NCBI GenBank assembly: GCA_903887465.1
Contig: CAISPW010000267.1
Coordinates: 1-60,088, forward strand
Length of the DNA: 60,088 nucleotides
From: an uncultured Oscillochloris sp.
Lineage (GTDB): Bacteria > Chloroflexota > Chloroflexia > Chloroflexales > Chloroflexaceae
Direction of reading: 5' to 3'
Both the position numbers and the translations under genes were made by a program. Shown piece after piece: positions 47,834 through 56,623 of the stretch (the stretch's first letter is position 1; each line of letters opens with the position of its first letter). Below the pieces are notes generated by a model. It was not told the DNA's origin. It was given only the letters and a program-made list of their open reading frames with translations, and ran no database searches.

Positions 47834-48898
47834 GTGGCAGGCGACGACCTCATGCAGAAGATCGAGCGGGCTCGTGATACCTACCGCGAGGAGCAGGAGC
47901 GCACCCGCCGCGAGATCAGCGAGGTGGAGACGTTGGTGCGCCAGGGGAGCGGCGAGGTGGAGAAGCTGGGCCAGCGCGAACTCTCAGTTTCGAACCGTGT
48001 GCGCGACCTTGAGGTCAACATCGATAAGTACAGCAAAGAAGAGATCAAGAACTTCTTTGCCGCCGCCCAGGAGGTGCAGATGCGCCTCCAGATCATGCGC
48101 GCCCAGCTGGAGCAGGTGCAGTCTCGTCGCGATATGCTCAAGGCTCGCCAAGCTCAGCTCGGTGAGGTGGTGGAGTTGCTCGATGCGGTCTCTGGCATGA
48201 TGCGCAGCGGTGGCGCGGGCCGTGGCAGCGAAGACCCCGACACCGCGACGATGATCGCGAACATCATCCAGTCGCAGGAGAACGAACGCCTGCGGATCTC
48301 GCTCCAGATGCACGACGGCCCGGCCCAGTCGATGAGCAACCTGGTGCTGCGCGCCGAGATCTGTCAGCGCTTGATCGACCGCGACCTCGACCAGGCCCGC
48401 TCTGAGTTGATTGGCCTGAAGACCGCGATCAATACGACGCTTCAGGATACCCGCCGCTTTATCTTTGACCTGCGACCGATGACACTCGATGACCTCGGGT
48501 TGGTGCCGACGCTGCGCCGCTACACCACCCAAATTGGCGAGAAAAGCGGCCTAGAGATCAATCTGATGATTCAGAATATGGATCAGCGCCTGCCTCGCCA
48601 CTATGAGGTGACGATCTTCCGCTTTGTTCAGGAGGCGCTCAACAACGTCGTCCGCCACGCGAACGCCAAGCAGGTGCGCCTGCTCCTCGATGTTACGGGC
48701 AGCACCCTCCAGATCCTGATCGAAGATGATGGCAGCGGATTCCATGTGAATGATGTGCTAGCCAGCGCCAACGCGCGGAAGAATATGGGCATCGCCGGTA
48801 TGCGCCAGCAGGTTGAGGCGCTGCTGCGTGGTGAGTTCGGCATCGAGAGCGCGATTGGCCGGGGCACCCGCATTGCCGCCACGATCCCCATGCCCTGA
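47834..48898 (+). CDS. Soluble DegS-like sensor histidine kinase (HisKA_3)
   Basis: Coiled-coil N-terminus, QENERLRISLQMHDGPAQ, DLRP, QEALNNVVRHA, DDGSGF and GRGT. Confidence 0.9.
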   Translation: MAGDDLMQKIERARDTYREEQERTRREISEVETLVRQGSGEVEKLGQRELSVSNRVRDLEVNIDKYSKEEIKNFFAAAQEVQMRLQIMRAQLEQVQSRRDMLKARQAQLGEVVELLDAVSGMMRSGGAGRGSEDPDTATMIANIIQSQENERLRISLQMHDGPAQSMSNLVLRAEICQRLIDRDLDQARSELIGLKTAINTTLQDTRRFIFDLRPMTLDDLGLVPTLRRYTTQIGEKSGLEINLMIQNMDQRLPRHYEVTIFRFVQEALNNVVRHANAKQVRLLLDVTGSTLQILIEDDGSGFHVNDVLASANARKNMGIAGMRQQVEALLRGEFGIESAIGRGTRIAATIPMP

Positions 48899-49030
48899 GC
48901 CCGACACGCTCAGTACTCCCATTTACTGGTACCATGTGGCTATTGAGTAGGATGGAGATAGCGAGTATACTGCTCCTTGTAGGGAATACCTACACCAACA
49001 TACGTCTACAACGGAAGGGAGGTGAAAGAT

Positions 49031-49189
49031 ATGCTTCGCAGCTTTTTCGCTAAGGAAGAGGGCCAGGGCCTCGTCGAGTACGCGCTAATCCTGGTACTCA
49101 TCGCTATTGTTGTTATCGGTATCCTGACCCTGCTCGGTAACCGCATCAGCCAGGTCTTCAGCAACATTAACAGCGGCCTCACCAAGTAG
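49031..49189 (+). CDS. flp: Flp (type IVb/Tad) pilin, copy 1
   Basis: MLRSFFAKEEGQGLVEYALILVLIAIVVIGILTLLGNRISQVFSNINSGLTK, with a G|xxxxEY motif and RBS GGAGGTG. Absent from the ORF track. Confidence 0.93.
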   Translation: MLRSFFAKEEGQGLVEYALILVLIAIVVIGILTLLGNRISQVFSNINSGLTK

Positions 49190-49250
49190 CTCATCGTTGG
49201 GGTTTGTCTCAACACTACCCGCAACTTAGCCGGCAAACAGGAGTACGACC

Positions 49251-49409
49251 ATGCTTCGCAGCTTTTTCGCTAAGGAAGAGGGCCAGGGCCTCGTCGAGTA
49301 CGCGCTAATCCTGGTACTCATTGCTATTGTTGTTATCGGTATTCTGACCCTGCTCGGCAACCGCATCAGCCAGGTCTTCAGCAACATTAACAGCGGTCTC
49401 ACCAAGTAA
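49251..49409 (+). CDS. flp: Flp (type IVb/Tad) pilin, copy 2
   Basis: Identical 52-aa protein with RBS AGGAG. Confidence 0.93.
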   Translation: MLRSFFAKEEGQGLVEYALILVLIAIVVIGILTLLGNRISQVFSNINSGLTK

Positions 49410-49435
49410 TTCTCCGCCCTTGTTGGTATATTTCC

Positions 49436-49475
49436 CGGCGCGCCTCGCTCTTATTGCGAGGCGCGCCGTTTTTTT
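49436..49475 (+). terminator. Rho-independent terminator after the flp pair
   Basis: 13-bp stem cggcgcgcctcgc/gcgaggcgcgccg followed by T7. Confidence 0.88.
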
Positions 49476-49531
49476 GTTGCCGCAACGGGCGGTGCTACAA
49501 TAGGGGCAATCATCTATAAGAAGGAGCCCCT

Positions 49532-50968
49532 GTGGTCGACTATTCGCGGAAGTGGTGGGCGCTGACCGCCGTGGGCAGCGGTGTCCTGCTCTCGACAATC
49601 GACGGCTCGATCGTCAATATCTCCCTCAACACCCTGGTCGTCGCCTTTGGTAGTAACCTCAACATTGTCGAGTGGGTGGTGCTGTCCTACCTGCTCACCA
49701 TTACGTGCCTGCTGCTGCTGATGGGCCGGCTGGGGGATATGGTTGGCAAGCGGCGGGTCTATGTGGCCGGCTTTATCATCTTCACCCTGGCCTCGGCGCT
49801 CTGCGGCATCTCGCCGAACGTCGGCACGCTGATCGGATTCCGGGTGGTGCAGGCGGTTGGCGCAGCGATGATCCAGTCGGCTGGGCCGGCGCTGTTGGTG
49901 ACGGCGTTCCCGCCGAGCGAGCGCGGCACCGCCCTCGGGGCCACCGGCTCATTTGTGGCCCTGGGCATCCTGGTCGGTCCGGCCCTCGGCGGCGTGCTGC
50001 TGCGCTATGTCGGCTGGGAGTCAATCTTCTATGTGAACGTGCCGGTGGGCATTGTGGGTTCCTGGCTCACGCTGCGCTATCTGGCCTCGGATGCGAAGTC
50101 GGCGCGTGGACAGGTTTTCGATGTGGGTGGGGCGCTACTGATGATGGCCTCGATCTTCGGGCTACTGCTGGCGCTCACTGATGGGCCGACCTGGGGCTGG
50201 GGCGACGGGCGGGTGCTGCTGCTGTTTGGCCTGTTTGCTGTGGCCGGGGCGGGCTTCCTAGCCTGGGAGTTGCACTTCCCGCAGCCAATGATTAACCTGC
50301 GCATCTTCCGCAACGCCGCCTTCTCGCTAAACCTACTGGCCGGCTTTATCCTGTTCATCGGCATGGCCTTCAACCTGCTGCTCACCCCACTGTTTCTCCA
50401 GTTGGTCTATCACTTCGAGCTACAGCAGGCCGGGCTGCTTCTGATGGCCTTGCCGCTGACGCTCTCGCTGGCCTCGCCAATTAGCGGGCGGCTCTCAGAC
50501 CGAGTTGGTGCGCGGGCGCTGACGGTTAGCGGCCTGGCAGCTGTGGCCGTCGGCCTGGCTGGGCTCAGCTTTACCAGGGCCGATACGCCAGTGGCCCAGA
50601 TGATCGCCTTCCTCCTCGTAGTTGGGGCGGGCATCGGCCTATTCCAGAGCCCGAACAATAGCACGGTGTTCGGCAGCGCGCCGCCCGAGGCGCTCGGCGT
50701 GGCCAGCGGGCTGCTGGCGGTGATGCGTACCCTCGGGCAGACGGCGGGGATCGCGATTGCTGGGGCGGTGTGGGCCTCGCGGGTGATCGCCCTGAACGGT
50801 GCGCCAATCGAGCCGATTACCACCGCCTCGCCGGAGATCCTGGCCGGCGGCTTCGACACGGCCATGCGTGTGGCGGCCGGGCTGGCCCTCCTGGCCATCC
50901 TGCCCTCGCTGGTCGGCGGGCGGGCCACGCAGCGGCGGGCAGTGTCGGTTCGACCGGCAGTTAAATAA
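49532..50968 (+). CDS. DHA2 (EmrB/QacA-like) MFS transporter
   Basis: Motifs IDGSIVN, GRLGDMVGKRR and GPALGG, ~14 TM helices. Extended -10 TGCTACAAT at 49493. Confidence 0.92.
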   Translation: MVDYSRKWWALTAVGSGVLLSTIDGSIVNISLNTLVVAFGSNLNIVEWVVLSYLLTITCLLLLMGRLGDMVGKRRVYVAGFIIFTLASALCGISPNVGTLIGFRVVQAVGAAMIQSAGPALLVTAFPPSERGTALGATGSFVALGILVGPALGGVLLRYVGWESIFYVNVPVGIVGSWLTLRYLASDAKSARGQVFDVGGALLMMASIFGLLLALTDGPTWGWGDGRVLLLFGLFAVAGAGFLAWELHFPQPMINLRIFRNAAFSLNLLAGFILFIGMAFNLLLTPLFLQLVYHFELQQAGLLLMALPLTLSLASPISGRLSDRVGARALTVSGLAAVAVGLAGLSFTRADTPVAQMIAFLLVVGAGIGLFQSPNNSTVFGSAPPEALGVASGLLAVMRTLGQTAGIAIAGAVWASRVIALNGAPIEPITTASPEILAGGFDTAMRVAAGLALLAILPSLVGGRATQRRAVSVRPAVK

Positions 50969-51040
50969 TCAGCGGTCTGGTTGAGGCTGCCAGATTCGCT
51001 GGCAACCTCAACCAGACCGCTGAAGAGCGTTAGGGCGACT

Positions 51041-52279
51041 ATGGAAGATTCTTTGCGCATCCCCATATCATGTACCCGCGCCCTGCGATGGGGGCTGGCC
51101 CTCTTGGCATGCGCCCTGCTGCTGGTGGCCTGCTCCAGCCGCCCCGCCCTCGATGCGGTTGCGGCAAGCGCCCCCAGCTTTGCCCCGTCTGAGATGGACC
51201 AGCCCCTGACGATCAGCTATGTGATCGGGCGCGACGCGACAGTGGACGTATACCTGCTCGATGCGATCGGCACGCGCTACAACCTGCGGCTCGGCCAGCC
51301 GCGCAGCGCCAGCGCCGACCCGTATGTGCTGCGCTTTGACGGCACGGTGCCGACGAGCGACCCGGTGATCCTGCGCCGCCTGCTGCCTCCCGGCGATTAC
51401 ACGCTGGTGGTGGGTGCCCAGGCCAGCGGCGGCACGCCTGAGGAGCGCCGCCTGCCCCTGACCATCACCGGCGGTGATCTGCCGATCCCCGATGTGCAGA
51501 ACCTGCTGGTCGCTCCGCCCACGATCTCGCCCAACGCCGATGCGGTGAACGATATCACCGAGATCACCTACCGCCTGCCGGTGAGCGCCACGGTGAACAT
51601 CGACATCAGCGCACCCAACGGCGAGACGATCCCGGTGGTGACGCGCGAGGAGGAGGGGCCATACGAACAGCACCACGTCTGGAACGGCAAGCGCCCGAAT
51701 GGCTCGCTGCTGCCCTCGGGCGTGTACACCTACACGGTGCAGGCCGAGGACGGCTACGGCAACCTGGTGCGACGCCATGGCCAGATCACCCTGGAGGATG
51801 TCGGGCAGCCTGAGGCGCGGATCGTCTACGCCAGCATCGCGCCGCAGCGGCTGATGCTCGGCGGCGTAATGACGGTGACGGTTCGGGTGCGCAACACGGG
51901 CACGGTGCCTATCCGCACCTACGGCCCGGCCAGTGGATTCCAGTACGACACCGACCAGGTCTTTTCCTCGGTGGCCGACGGGCGCTACACGGCCCAGGCC
52001 GGCGGCTTCTGGCGGGTCGGGCTCGACTGGGACGCCAACAGCGGCGGCGGCCCCAAGCGCTACCCCTTCCGCTGGGCGCTCTCGCAGAGGCCGCCCGAGC
52101 AGTGGAAGGTGCCCGGAGTCGAGGACTGGCTCATGCCCGACGAGGAGGTTGAGGTAACCGGCCAGGTGCGGATCCTCCAGCGTGAGACGAAGATGGGGTT
52201 CTATGTCGGCCTGATCCAGGACGGGGTTGGGTTCTTTCAGGATCGCAGTGCGCGGACGATTGTGGAGGTGGGGTTCTAG
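51041..52279 (+). CDS. Lipoprotein with FlgD Ig-like domains
   Basis: Lipobox LLVAC, ISPNADAVND and WNGK...LPSGVYTY. Confidence 0.75.
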   Translation: MEDSLRIPISCTRALRWGLALLACALLLVACSSRPALDAVAASAPSFAPSEMDQPLTISYVIGRDATVDVYLLDAIGTRYNLRLGQPRSASADPYVLRFDGTVPTSDPVILRRLLPPGDYTLVVGAQASGGTPEERRLPLTITGGDLPIPDVQNLLVAPPTISPNADAVNDITEITYRLPVSATVNIDISAPNGETIPVVTREEEGPYEQHHVWNGKRPNGSLLPSGVYTYTVQAEDGYGNLVRRHGQITLEDVGQPEARIVYASIAPQRLMLGGVMTVTVRVRNTGTVPIRTYGPASGFQYDTDQVFSSVADGRYTAQAGGFWRVGLDWDANSGGGPKRYPFRWALSQRPPEQWKVPGVEDWLMPDEEVEVTGQVRILQRETKMGFYVGLIQDGVGFFQDRSARTIVEVGF

Positions 52280-52320
52280 ACGTTTTTCCTGGGGCGCAAC
52301 CGCCCCATGGGCCTCAATGT

Positions 52321-52460
52321 TAGGGCTGCCGCCCTAAAAACCTGCATTGTTTTGGGAAAATGTGCCAGCTTCGCTGGTACATTTTCCCAAAACAACAAGA
52401 AATTCTGGAGGTCTGCGACCCCCAACTCCTGCCGCAGATGGCATGGCTCGTGCAACGTCG
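52321..52460 (+). mobile_element. Family A-related structured repeat
   Basis: agggctgccgccct, a 23-bp hairpin, a C-rich tail and the TIR-like catggctcgtgcaacgtcg. Confidence 0.65.
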
Positions 52461-52474
52461 CGGGCATCGCGCCC

Positions 52475-53746
52475 TTACGCCACCCGCGAGACGACCATCA
52501 GGGTCATATCGTCGGCCTGGGGTGCCCCGGCGGCGTAGGCGTCCACCTGATGGATCACGAGATCGACGAGAGCCTGGCTGGCGTGATCGGTGCCCGCGCG
52601 CAGCGCGGCGTGGAACCTGTCGTCGTTGAAGGGTTCGCCGACGGCGTTCATCGCCTCGGTGATGCCGTCGGTGAACAGGATAAGGCGCTCGCCGGGGGCG
52701 ATGTGGGCGCGCTGTGCCACAAACTCCTGGCTGGCCATGATCCCGATTGGCAAGGTACCCTCTTGAAGCTCGCGGATGTGCAGGCCAGGGCCGTCGACCT
52801 GAAGCGGCGGATTGTGCCCGGCGTTCACGTAGACCAGGTCGCCGCTGCGCGGGTCGAGTACCGCGTAGAAGAGCGTGATAAACATGTTGCTCTCGGCGTG
52901 TTCGCGGCAGATGTAGTCGTTCACCAGCCAGAGGGCGCCGGTGAGGATGCTCTCGGCGTCGAGGACCATGCCGCCCTGGAAGATCCATGGTGCCAGGGAT
53001 GCGGCACGCAGGAGCGAGCGGCTCAGGGCCACGAACAGGGCGGCGGTGACGCCCTTGCCGCAGGCGTCGGCTACCACGAGGCCCAGGCGCCCGTCACTCA
53101 GCTCGATACAGTCGTAGAAGTCGCCGCCGACCGCCTGGGCACCACGGCTGTAGGCACTCACCTGCCAGCCGGTGGGCTGGGGCAGCGCGCGCGGCAGGAA
53201 AGACTCCTGGATCTGGCGGGCGACGGCCATCTCCTGCTCGATGCGGTTGAGCCGGATCAGTTCGGCCTGGGCGGCCTTGAGTTGCTGGTATGCCTTGAGC
53301 AACTCGGCATTCTTGCGCTCTAAGTCGCTGATCATGCGCTGGTTGGTGTTGCGCACGCGGGTGGTGCTGTTGCGCAACATGTTCATGGCCAGTTCGGGGT
53401 TCGAGCCGATCAGGGTCTTAAAATCGGCCTCGGTGATCACCACCAGGTGGCTCTCGTCGACGGCGCGCACGGTAGCCGAGCGCGGGCTGCGGTCGATCAG
53501 GGCCATCTCGCCGATGATCTGGCCGGCGTCGTAGACCTCCAGGCGATGCTCAGTGCCGTTGACGAAAGTGAGAACCTCCATCGCACCGCTGAGGATCACA
53601 AAGCAATCGTAGCTAATGTCGCCCTGGTTGAAGAGCACCTCGCTGGGCGCGAGGTGGCGTTGGCCCAGGCGGACGGCCATGTGGGAGAGGATAGTTGCGT
53701 CGAGGTGCGCAAACCAGGGCACCGCGCGCAGCAGGTCTTGCAGCAT
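52475..53746 (-). CDS. cNMP-binding domain / SpoIIE-PP2C phosphatase (RsbU-like)
   Basis: Motifs GEMALI..SPRSATV, ARQIQ, VGGDFYD, DACGKG, NAGH, TDGITE and DDMT. Confidence 0.92.
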   Translation of the reverse strand: MLQDLLRAVPWFAHLDATILSHMAVRLGQRHLAPSEVLFNQGDISYDCFVILSGAMEVLTFVNGTEHRLEVYDAGQIIGEMALIDRSPRSATVRAVDESHLVVITEADFKTLIGSNPELAMNMLRNSTTRVRNTNQRMISDLERKNAELLKAYQQLKAAQAELIRLNRIEQEMAVARQIQESFLPRALPQPTGWQVSAYSRGAQAVGGDFYDCIELSDGRLGLVVADACGKGVTAALFVALSRSLLRAASLAPWIFQGGMVLDAESILTGALWLVNDYICREHAESNMFITLFYAVLDPRSGDLVYVNAGHNPPLQVDGPGLHIRELQEGTLPIGIMASQEFVAQRAHIAPGERLILFTDGITEAMNAVGEPFNDDRFHAALRAGTDHASQALVDLVIHQVDAYAAGAPQADDMTLMVVSRVA

Positions 53747-53747
53747 C

Positions 53748-54170
53748 TCACCGCCCTTTTATCACGGTCAGTTGATTCCACCCGCTGGCGGTGTCGTGCG
53801 TGTAGGCGAGTTCATCTGCGAACTCGCGGACGAAGTAGAGCCCCAGGCCGCCGATCATGCGCGAGGTCGGGTCGGCATCGCTCAGGTCGGGGTCGGGCTG
53901 GTCACGCGGGTCGAAGGGAGCGCCCCGGTCGCGGATGCTGATCCGCAGCGTCCCCTCAGCGCACGCGCAATCCAGTTGGATCACATCGCGGTTGGCGTCG
54001 GTATAGCCATACTTGACGATGTTGGTCGCGATCTCCTCGATCACCAGGCGCATGAGGTAGCACTGGTCAGCCGTCAAGGGCTGGCAGGACTCCACGCTGT
54101 CGGTGAAGGCCATCAGCGTTGCAATGCTATCCCAGTCGGCGAATACTTCGATCGACTGCTGCATCGGCAT
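53748..54170 (-). CDS. RsbW-like anti-sigma factor / Ser kinase (HATPase_c_2)
   Basis: Motifs EEIATNIVKYG, DRGAPFDP, GGLGLY and GWN. Confidence 0.88.
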   Translation of the reverse strand: MPMQQSIEVFADWDSIATLMAFTDSVESCQPLTADQCYLMRLVIEEIATNIVKYGYTDANRDVIQLDCACAEGTLRISIRDRGAPFDPRDQPDPDLSDADPTSRMIGGLGLYFVREFADELAYTHDTASGWNQLTVIKGR

Positions 54171-54227
54171 CCCCAGCGCTAGGGAACAGGAAACAGGGAA
54201 CTGTCCATTATCATAACACGCCGCACG

Positions 54228-54331
54228 CGGGGCTGATGCAACATCGCTAGGGCTGCGCCCCAGACCCAGCGTTTTGTGAGTTTCTGGCGGCGAATCCGCC
54301 AAAAACTCACAAAAAATCTTTCGGGGATGCC
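54228..54331 (+). mobile_element. MITE-like family A, 3'-truncated copy
   Basis: cggggctgatgcaacatcg, gggctgcgccccagacc, the long hairpin, then tttcgggga. Confidence 0.7.
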
Positions 54332-54410
54332 AACTGATCCGGGTATAATGTCACGGCAGGGGCTGAGTAGCTAGAACGTAACATAGTAGCCTATAGATAA
54401 GGAATTACCA

Positions 54411-55328
54411 ATGGCCACCCCCGCACCTGACGGCGTGATCACCATCGACGACCTGCACATGGGCCGCCCGCAGGTGATCGCCACCTACCTGCTGACCGGC
54501 GCCGCGCCCGCCCTGGTCGACCCCGGCCCAGCCAGCACCCTGCCCGCCCTGGAGGTCGGCCTGGCCGCGCAGGGTCTGGGCCTGGGCGACATCCGCAGCA
54601 TCCTGCTCACCCACATCCACCTCGACCACGCTGGGGCCACCGGCAGCATTATCGCCCGCAACCCTCATGTCAAGATCTACGTGCATACGATCGGTGCCCC
54701 GCACATGGTTGATCCCTCGCGCCTGCTCAAGAGCGCCAACCAGCTCTACGGCGACATGATGGAGACCCTGTGGGGCGAGATCGCGCCGGTGCCGACCGAG
54801 TCGATCATCACCCTAGAGGGCGGCGAGATGCTGGATCTGGGCGGGCGGATGATCCACGTCTTCGACGCGCCCGGCCACGCCAAGCACCACCTGATCTATC
54901 TGGATCAGCAGAGCGGCGGGGCTTTTATCGGCGATAACGGCGGCGTGCGGCTGCCGAACCTGCCCTTTGCGCGCCCGGCCACCCCGCCGCCCGACATCGA
55001 CCTGGAGGCGTGGGACGGCACGCTGCTGATGCTCGACGAGCTAATGCCGAGTTGGCTGATGCTGACCCATTTCGGAGCCTATAACGATGTGGAGTCGCAC
55101 ATTGCCGACTACCGCGCGCGCCTGGTTCACTGGGGCGAGCAGGTGCGCCTGGGGATGCAGAGCGGGGCGTCCGAGGATGAGCAACTGGCCGCCCTAGAGC
55201 GGCTGGTCGCGCAGGAGTCCGCCGACCTTACGCCAGAGGTGCGGGAGGTACTCAATCAGCAGACCGGCGCCCTGGCCAGCAGTTGGCACGGACTGGCCCG
55301 CTACTGGCGCAAGCGCGCATCCGCCTAG
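54411..55328 (+). CDS. MBL-fold metallo-hydrolase
   Basis: Motifs THIHLDHAG, PGHAKHH, IGD and THFG. TATAAT at 54344. Confidence 0.9.
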   Translation: MATPAPDGVITIDDLHMGRPQVIATYLLTGAAPALVDPGPASTLPALEVGLAAQGLGLGDIRSILLTHIHLDHAGATGSIIARNPHVKIYVHTIGAPHMVDPSRLLKSANQLYGDMMETLWGEIAPVPTESIITLEGGEMLDLGGRMIHVFDAPGHAKHHLIYLDQQSGGAFIGDNGGVRLPNLPFARPATPPPDIDLEAWDGTLLMLDELMPSWLMLTHFGAYNDVESHIADYRARLVHWGEQVRLGMQSGASEDEQLAALERLVAQESADLTPEVREVLNQQTGALASSWHGLARYWRKRASA

Positions 55329-55385
55329 ACGTACTACCGCGAGAGGTTGCCAGCGGATCTGGCAATCTCTCGCAACCATGCAGCT

Positions 55386-56423
55386 ATGAGACTTTCTTTG
55401 GTTCTCCTGTTCATTGGCCTGGTCGCCGGCATGGCGGAACCGGCTATTGGGTTTGCGCAGAGCGCACCTGCTCAGGTTGTGCAACCCACCGACGTGCCCT
55501 TGGCACAACCCCGTCCTGGGCCAGCGGGGCTACCCTGTCCTACCCGCTTCGCACTGCCCAATGTGAAACTGAAAGATCACAGCCTATTCTCCTTTGAGGG
55601 TTGGTACTATCTGGTTTCCATCCGCATCGATCTATCTACCCCCAGCAGCCAGGGCGAGCAAGAGTTTGCGTATGCCCGTACGCGCGACTTCTGCACCTGG
55701 GAGAAGCTGGGCACGCCCCTGCGCCATGGTGCGCCGGGCGATGCTGACGAGACCTACGTCTGGGCACCCCACGTGATCAATGTGGACAACACCTTCTATA
55801 TGTACTACACCGGGGTCAACCCGAAGATCGCCCAGACGATTATGCTGGCAACCAGCACCAACCCCGCCGACCCGCAGAGTTGGCATAAGCAGGGGGTTGT
55901 TTTTCGTCCGCACCACCCCGATGCGTTCTATCCAGGTCCCACCGCTTGGTCTGACTGTCGCGATCCGATGGTGCTGGTGTACAACAATCGCTACTACCTC
56001 TTCTACACCGGTGCCAACAATAACGGCCCGATCATCGGCGTCGCGATGGCCGAGAATCCCGTTGGGCCGTGGTACGATCTCGGCGCAACCTATCAGGCGA
56101 CTGAGCCGGGGAGAATGCCCGAATCGCCCTTTATTATTGAGTACAACGGGCTGTTCTATCTGTTCTACAATGCAAGCGGGACTACGGGGAATGGCACACG
56201 ATTGCGCTGGGCGGTGTCGCCATTTGGGCCATGGCAGCCATCGGTGGCATTCCAACTCGGGTGGGCACACGAATTCTATCGCGATCAGACCGGCCTGCTC
56301 TCGTCATATATCATAGGTAACGGACTCGCGATTGGGGTTGAACGTGTGCGCTGGCAGCAGTCGGGGATGCTGGCGCTGCCGCAGATCGGCGTGCAAACCT
56401 ACCTACCCATGATAAATCGCTAG
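55386..56423 (+). CDS. Secreted five-bladed beta-propeller glycoside hydrolase (GH43/GH32-like)
   Basis: Signal peptide, KDH, WAPHV, RDP, ESP and a C-terminal YLPMI motif. Confidence 0.75.
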   Translation: MRLSLVLLFIGLVAGMAEPAIGFAQSAPAQVVQPTDVPLAQPRPGPAGLPCPTRFALPNVKLKDHSLFSFEGWYYLVSIRIDLSTPSSQGEQEFAYARTRDFCTWEKLGTPLRHGAPGDADETYVWAPHVINVDNTFYMYYTGVNPKIAQTIMLATSTNPADPQSWHKQGVVFRPHHPDAFYPGPTAWSDCRDPMVLVYNNRYYLFYTGANNNGPIIGVAMAENPVGPWYDLGATYQATEPGRMPESPFIIEYNGLFYLFYNASGTTGNGTRLRWAVSPFGPWQPSVAFQLGWAHEFYRDQTGLLSSYIIGNGLAIGVERVRWQQSGMLALPQIGVQTYLPMINR

Positions 56424-56437
56424 GACATGGTTCAGAA

Positions 56438-56528
56438 CAGCTTTACCGTTTGGCAGGGACGCAATGAGGCGAGGATGCGATAGCATCGCCGCATCGCATC
56501 CTCGCCTCATCGCCAAACGGTAAAGCTG
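56438..56528. repeat. Nested inverted-repeat element (family C)
   Basis: Outer 17-bp IR cagctttaccgtttggc and inner 18-bp IR atgaggcgaggatgcgat. Confidence 0.8.
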
Positions 56529-56623
56529 AAATCTGGTACCTGAAACCTTGTCTCGCGGAGAAACACGGGGGGACGGCTCGTGATCCGCCCCCCCGTGCGC
56601 TGTCTCGCACATAGGGCACGTCC

